Part shown: positions 58,589-64,000 of the stretch, piece by piece
Position numbering within the stretch: the first letter of the stretch is position 1
How the letters are laid out: each line of letters begins with the position of its first letter
From: Macrostomum lignano
Lineage: Eukaryota
DNA length: 64,000 nucleotides
Assembly: GCA_002269645.1 (NCBI GenBank)
Contig: NIVC01000296.1
Coordinates: 248,001 to 312,000, forward strand
Direction of reading: 5' to 3'
Translations under genes and position numbers: made by a program
The notes under the pieces: model-generated
Told to the model about the DNA's origin: nothing
What the model saw: only the letters and a program-made list of their open reading frames with translations
Database searches by the model: none

Positions 58589-59337
58589 GAATTCTGCAGC
58601 GGGTGAATCACTTCCGGCTTGCCGAGCTTTAGCGCCAGGTCGCAGCCGGACTCCTCAGCCTTGGCGTTGATTCTGGCCATGTCGCCATTCTCTGCAACCT
58701 TACCAGCGTCCTTGGTCTTCGTCTCCCAGCTGCAGCTGTCCGAGACGCTGACGCTGTTGCTGCCGCCAACTTCGCCATTTACAACGCCTACACCTTTGCT
58801 ACTACTGGTGCTGATGCTGCCGCTGCCGCTGCCAGTGCTGGCGGTTGCTGTCGTCTGCAGATCCTCGCTGACAGCACTACCATAGACAGCGTCTCCGTGT
58901 GGACTTATCAACTTATCGGATGATGCAGCACTGCCAACTTCATTCGTCGTCGTAGTCTCCTTGAGGTCCATTATCTGGGCATGCGGCTTCTCCGCTTCCT
59001 GCTTCTTTTGCTCTTGTTGCTTTTGTTGTTCTTCGTTGCCAGCAGCTTCTTCCACCTTCGCCGAGTCTCTGTCATTTTCCTGCTGGTCAGCCGCTGTCAT
59101 ATCCTTGCCTTCGGTGTCCTCAACTTCAGTAGTTGGTTTGTCGTCGCAGTCGTCTTCTTGAATTTCTGAAGCAGTTTTAACAAAAGCTTGTGGTTCTTCG
59201 GCAATATCTTCGGCAGTGTTGACCGCGTCTTTCTTAAAAAAGTTCAATAGCCTTTGCATCTGTTTGGCGTGCGAGCTAGAAATGGGTAACGTTCCGATCA
59301 AGCACTGACAGCATGAGCGAGAGTCAGTCCTAAGCAT
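58589..59337 (-). CDS. EIF4E: eIF4E exon 1: long acidic/low-complexity N-terminal extension ending in HPLQN (alternative start at 59259)
   Basis: Donor AAT TC|GTAAGC at 58589/58588; 67-nt GT-AG intron 58522-58588; joined CDS 1269 nt (422 aa), or 396 aa from ATG 59259. Confidence 0.8.
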
Positions 59338-59767
59338 CGGGTCCGGGCTTTAGGAGCCCCTGGCACTGATTCACTTATGGCCATAGACAACTGCCTCAGG
59401 CACCACCCAGTGCTCAGATTGAGCGTCTATGGCCGCTTGGCACAGGCCGTCGGCTCGTAAAGTGCTGCAAACTTTGGTCTTGTCAATCAGATTATTGTTG
59501 TTAAAGCAACTGCTGTGTAAGCCTTGCGTTCGTTTTCTGCCGTTGGCTAAAAGTACATATTAAAACTGAACATTCTAAAAGAGCCAACATGCTGCGTTGA
59601 AAGTGTTGTACTGGGGCGGTGCTGTGCTTGCTGTGCTAGTTTGTGCAGTGCTGGAGTTGTGACTTGTGTTGGGTGTTATGTTGGGCTGCGGTATGCGCTA
59701 GGCTTGCCATGAGCAAACCGGCTTTAGTGCCCAAGCGCGCTGCGTCTGTGCGCCCCCCCCGCCGCGT

Positions 59768-60769
59768 GTGTACGTTCTGTGTTGTTTAGGTGGGCGCCCA
59801 CCCCTCCGGCGGGGGGGGTATGTTATTCCAGCGGCGCTGCTAGGCGTCTCCTATGCACCACGGTCGAGGCAGGCGGTGGCAAGGCACACCCGTGAGTGGC
59901 TAGCTTACTGCAAGCAGACCCGCTGCAGTCCTGTATCCTGTCCGCTAAACAGCCTGCTCGACTACCTGGCCAGCCTAGTCGGGACGCGTTTGCGAGCGTA
60001 CGGCAGCGTTGCTTCTGTCGCCAGCTCGCTGTCCGTATGGTTTCGCGTCAACTCTGCACCAGATCTGACAAAGCATGCTCTCCTCCTGCGAGGCGCCAAG
60101 CGAGAGCTGGGACTTCGGGTGTCGAGAAGACGACCAGTATCGCCGCTCATGTTGTCGGAGATTCATCAGCGAGTCAGTCGTTCTGACGGGCTTCAGCTGG
60201 CATGCTGGGCAGTCACCATCTGCTGTTGGTGGGGCATGCTCCGAAAATCCAGCGTGCTGCCGACTTCGGGAAAAGGTCCGGCACGTGTGCGCTGCGCTGA
60301 CATCTTTCGACACCCGAGAGGTCTGATCTTGCGCCTGGAGCAAGGGAAGACTCTCCAGTTCAAAGAGCGGGTGCACCAGGTGCTTCTACCAAGGCTAGTG
60401 AGGCGGACTTCGCTGTGCCCGGTGTTAGCAATCGAGCAGCACGCAAGATTCAATAATCTGCAATCGGCTGATGCGCCTCTGTTCGCTTATCGCGACGCCG
60501 GAGGCAACCAGCGGCTGCTGACAGGCAGGCAGCTCGATCGCTTCCTAGCGGACAAGCTAGGGGCTGCGGGCTTCAGGCGTGAGCACTTCTCAGCCCACAG
60601 CCTCCGCCGTGGCGGCGCGACCTGGGCCTCGGTGTTGGGTGTGCCGGTGTCCGACATCATGCGGATCGGTGACTGGAAGAGCGACTCAGTGCAGCGGTAT
60701 CTCCCGCAGTCGCAGCAGGGCTTGGCGGCTTCCGTCGTGTTTGCTAGAGGTGTGGGATCTCTCGTTTGA
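59768..60769 (+). CDS. Tyrosine recombinase of DIRS/Ngaro/Crypton type, intact, no adjacent RT; possibly spliced (ATG 59678, intron 59691-59789)
   Basis: Catalytic R (WWGMLRKSS), K (QGKT), HxxR (HSLRRGGAT), W (GDW) and Y (VQRY) all present; LCPV motif; N-terminal core-binding region present. Confidence 0.9.
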   Translation: MYVLCCLGGRPPLRRGGYVIPAALLGVSYAPRSRQAVARHTREWLAYCKQTRCSPVSCPLNSLLDYLASLVGTRLRAYGSVASVASSLSVWFRVNSAPDLTKHALLLRGAKRELGLRVSRRRPVSPLMLSEIHQRVSRSDGLQLACWAVTICCWWGMLRKSSVLPTSGKGPARVRCADIFRHPRGLILRLEQGKTLQFKERVHQVLLPRLVRRTSLCPVLAIEQHARFNNLQSADAPLFAYRDAGGNQRLLTGRQLDRFLADKLGAAGFRREHFSAHSLRRGGATWASVLGVPVSDIMRIGDWKSDSVQRYLPQSQQGLAASVVFARGVGSLV

Positions 60770-60919
60770 CGTTGGCATCAGCTTTTCTATGTTCCGTTTC
60801 CTTTAATTTTTTTCTTTCGCGCGCTTTCCCGTTGTTGCTTCGGCTTTGGAGGCCTCGTTACTGCTTTCGCTTTCGCCAACATCGCGTATTCGTGTTTTGC
60901 TTTGGGGCACTAAAGTGTT

Positions 60920-61767
60920 TTGTTGGGTTGTGCTGGGTGTTTTGTTGGGGTTGTTCTGGGTGTTGTGTTGGGGTTGTGCTGGGTGTTGTGTTGGGGTTGT
61001 GCTGGGTGTTGTGTTGGGGTTGTGCTGGGTGTTGTGTTGGGGTTGTGCTGGGTGTTGTGTTGGGGTTGTGCTGGGTGTTTTGTTGGGGTTGTTCTGGGTG
61101 TTGTGTTGGGGTTGTGCTGGGTGTTTTGCTCGGGTTGTGCTGGGTGTTTTGTTGGGGTTGTGCTGGGTGTTTTGCTCGGGTTGTGCTGGGTGTTTTGTTG
61201 GGGTTGAGCTGGAGTTGTGCTGGAGTTGTGCTGGAGTTGTGCTGGAGTTGTGCTGGAGTTGTGCTGGAGTTGTGCTGGGGTTGTGCTGGAGTTGTGCTGG
61301 AGTTGTGCTGGAGTTGTGCTGGGGTTGTGCTGGAGTTGTGCTGGAGTTGTGCTGGAGTTGTGCTGGAGTTGTGCTGGGGTTGTGCTGGAGTTGTGCTGGG
61401 GTTGTGCTGGAGTTGTGCTGGAGTTGTGCTGGAGTTGTGCTGGAGTTGTGCTGGAGTTGTGCTGGGATTGTGTTGGAGTTGTGCTGGAGTTGTGCTGGGA
61501 TTGTGCTGGAGTTGTGCTGGAGTTGTGCTGGAGTTGTGCTGGAGTTGTGCTGGAGTTGTGCTGGAGTTGTGCTGGAGTTGTGCTGGAGTTGTGCTGGAGT
61601 TGTGCTGGAGTTGTGCTGGAGTTGTGCTGGAGTTGTGCTGGAGTTGTGCTGGGGTTGTGCTGGAGTTGTGCTGGAGTTGTGCTGGGGTTGTGCTGGAGTT
61701 GTGCTGGAGTTGTGCTGGAGTTGTGCTGGAGTTGTGCTGGAGTTGTGCTGGGGTTGTGCTGGAGTTG
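60920..61767. repeat. GT-rich arrays: 23-bp (GGGTTGTGCTGGGTGTTGTGTTG) then 11-bp (GAGTTGTGCTG)
   Basis: Periods 23 and 11 seen directly; source of several artefactual ORFs. Confidence 0.93.
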
Positions 61768-62361
61768 AGTGCACGAACTTTCGATGAAAGCTGCGCAGTG
61801 TGGTTGCTTGCGCAGAATCGAGAGCACTGAGCCATTGATAGTCGCCAGGCTGGAATTTAACTGCTGCCTCCGATATTTGCCAAGCGCATAAACAACTTGC
61901 CTCGAACACTGCGCAGTGCGGCTTATACAAAAAGACAGATAATGAATGAAAAGATATTTCAACCTTTCTTTAGAACCTGTAGAAAACCCGCTCTTTCTCT
62001 CTGAGAGTCGAAACTGCTCCATTTACTCCTAGATAAGGTCGGGCGGAGACCACCCAGACAAGCGCAGCACAGACTTATACATACTTTTTAATATCGGCAG
62101 ACTGTCCGCTGAAGTTTTCGTGAAATTTGCACTCGATTTGTGGCCACAAACAGCATAAGCCAGTGCCAGACTGTGAAAATGGTGAGTGGGAGACTTCGGC
62201 TTGATGCTTGACAAATTTTGGATGATTTTAAACCCGAGTGCCAAACCGTCAGAGCAGACCTTAACTTAGGCCAGGGGTCGGAAAAACAGTTTATCTCAAG
62301 GGCCAGGTAGAGAATATAGAGCATGACTGTGGGTAAGAGGAGGGGAGAGAGTCAGACGCAA

Positions 62362-64000
62362 TAGGAGAGGAGAGGAGAGGAGAGGAGAGGAGAGGAGAGG
62401 AGAGGAGAGGAGAGGAGAGGAGAGGAGAGGAGAGGAGAGGAGAGGAGAGGAGAGGAGAGGAGAGGAGAGGAGAGGAGAGGAGAGGAGGAGAGGAGAGGAG
62501 AGGAGAGGAGAGGAGAGGAGAGGAGAGGAGAGGAGAGGAGAGGAGAGGAGAGGAGAGGAGAGGAGAGGAGAGGAGAGGAGAGGAGAGGAGAGGAGAGGAG
62601 AGGAGAGGAGAGGAGAGGAGAGGAGAGGAGAGGAGAGGAGAGGAGAGGAGAGGAGAGGAGAGGAGAGGAGAGGAGAGGAGAGGAGAGGAGAGGAGAGAGA
62701 GGAGAGGAGAGAGAGAGGAGAGGAGAGGAGAGGAGAGGAGAGGAGAGGAGAGGAGAGGAGAGGAGAGGAGAGGAGAGGAGAGGAGGAGAGGAGAGGAGGA
62801 GAGGAGAGGAGAGGAGAGGAGAGAGAGGAGAGGAGAGGAGAGGAGAGGAGAGGAGAGGAGAGGAGAGGAGAGGAGAGGAGAGGAGAGGAGAGGAGAGGAG
62901 AGGAGAGGAGAGGAGAGGAGAGGAGAGGAGAGGAGAGGAGAGGAGAGGAGAGGAGAGGAGAGGAGAGAGAGGAGAGGAGAGGAGAGGAGAGGGAGGAGAG
63001 GAGAGGAGAGGAGAGGAGAGGAGAGGAGAGGAGAGGAGAGGAGAGGAGAGGAGAGGAGAGGAGAGGAGAGGAGAGGAGAGGAGAGGAGAGGAGAGGAGAG
63101 GAGAGGAGAGGAGAGGAGAGGAGAGGAGAGGAGAGGAGAGGAGAGGAGAGGAGAGGAGAGGAGAGGAGAGGAGAGAGAGAGGAGAGGAGAGGAGAGGAGA
63201 GGAGAGAGAGAGGAGAGGAGAGGAGAGGAGAGGAGAGGAGAGAGGAGAGGAGAGGAGAGGAGAGGAGAGGAGAGGAGAGGAGAGGAGAGGAGAGGAGAGG
63301 AGAGGAGAGGAGAGGAGAGGAGAGGAGAGGAGAGGAGAGGAGAGGAGAGGAGAGGAGAGGAGAGGAGAGAGAGGAGAGGAGGATGAGAGGAGAGGAGAGG
63401 AGAGGAGAGGGAGGAGAGGAGAGGAGAGGAGAGGAGAGGAGGATGAGAGGAGAGGAGAGGAGAGGAGAGGAGAGGAGAGGAGAGGAGAGGAGAGGAGAGG
63501 AGAGGAGAGGAGAGGAGAGGAGAGGAGAGGAGAGGAGAGGAGAGGAGAGGAGAGGAGAGGAGAGGAGAGGAGAGGAGAGGAGAGGAGAGGAGAGAGAGAG
63601 GAGAGGAGAGGAGAGGAGAGGAGAGGAGAGGAGAGGGAGAGAGGAGAGGAGAGGAGAGGAGAGGAGAGGAGAGAGAGGAGAGGAGAGGAGAGGAGAGGAG
63701 AGGAGAGAGAGGAGAGGAGAGGAGAGGAGAGGAGAGAGAGAGGAGAGGAGAGGAGAGGAGAGGAGAGGAGAGGAGAGGAGAGGAGAGGAGAGGAGAGAGA
63801 GGAGAGGAGAGGAGAGGAGAGGAGAGGAGAGGAGAGGAGAGGAGAGGAGAGGAGAGGAGAGGAGAGGAGAGGAGAGGAGAGGAGAGGAGAGGAGAGGAGA
63901 GGAGAGGAGAGGAGAGGAGAGGAGAGGAGAGGAGAGGAGAGGAGAGGAGAGGAGAGGAGAGGAGAGAGAGGAGAGGAGAGGAGAGGAGAGGAGAGGAGAG
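62362..64000. repeat. (GAGAG)n pentanucleotide array running off the right edge
   Basis: Seen directly. Confidence 0.97.

Overview
Eukaryotic (metazoan) genomic DNA, not prokaryotic. GC-rich coding exons with (GCC)n homopolymer insertions sit among many unrelated satellites, about one third of the window by my rough sum; this style suggests a flatworm such as Macrostomum (inference only). Host genes, all on the minus strand: a Dachsous-type giant protocadherin (two exons, ~22 cadherin repeats, continuing off the left edge), a five-exon Islet LIM-homeodomain gene, an intronless PKA type II regulatory subunit, and a two-exon class I eIF4E with a long N-terminal extension. Mobile DNA: an intact piggyBac transposase, an adjacent 2.5-kb TTAA-flanked fold-back element, three CORE-type tRNA-SINE copies, and a stand-alone DIRS/Ngaro/Crypton-type tyrosine recombinase head-to-head with eIF4E. 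The most notable oddities are the RT-less and possibly spliced recombinase, a PKA RII with a pseudosubstrate (RRVAV) inhibitor site, the fold-back element, a 10-copy GTCACGTGAC array in an Islet intron, and a composite TTAGGGC/TTAGG telomere-like tract. Most long ORFs in the supplied track are satellite translations or antisense shadows.
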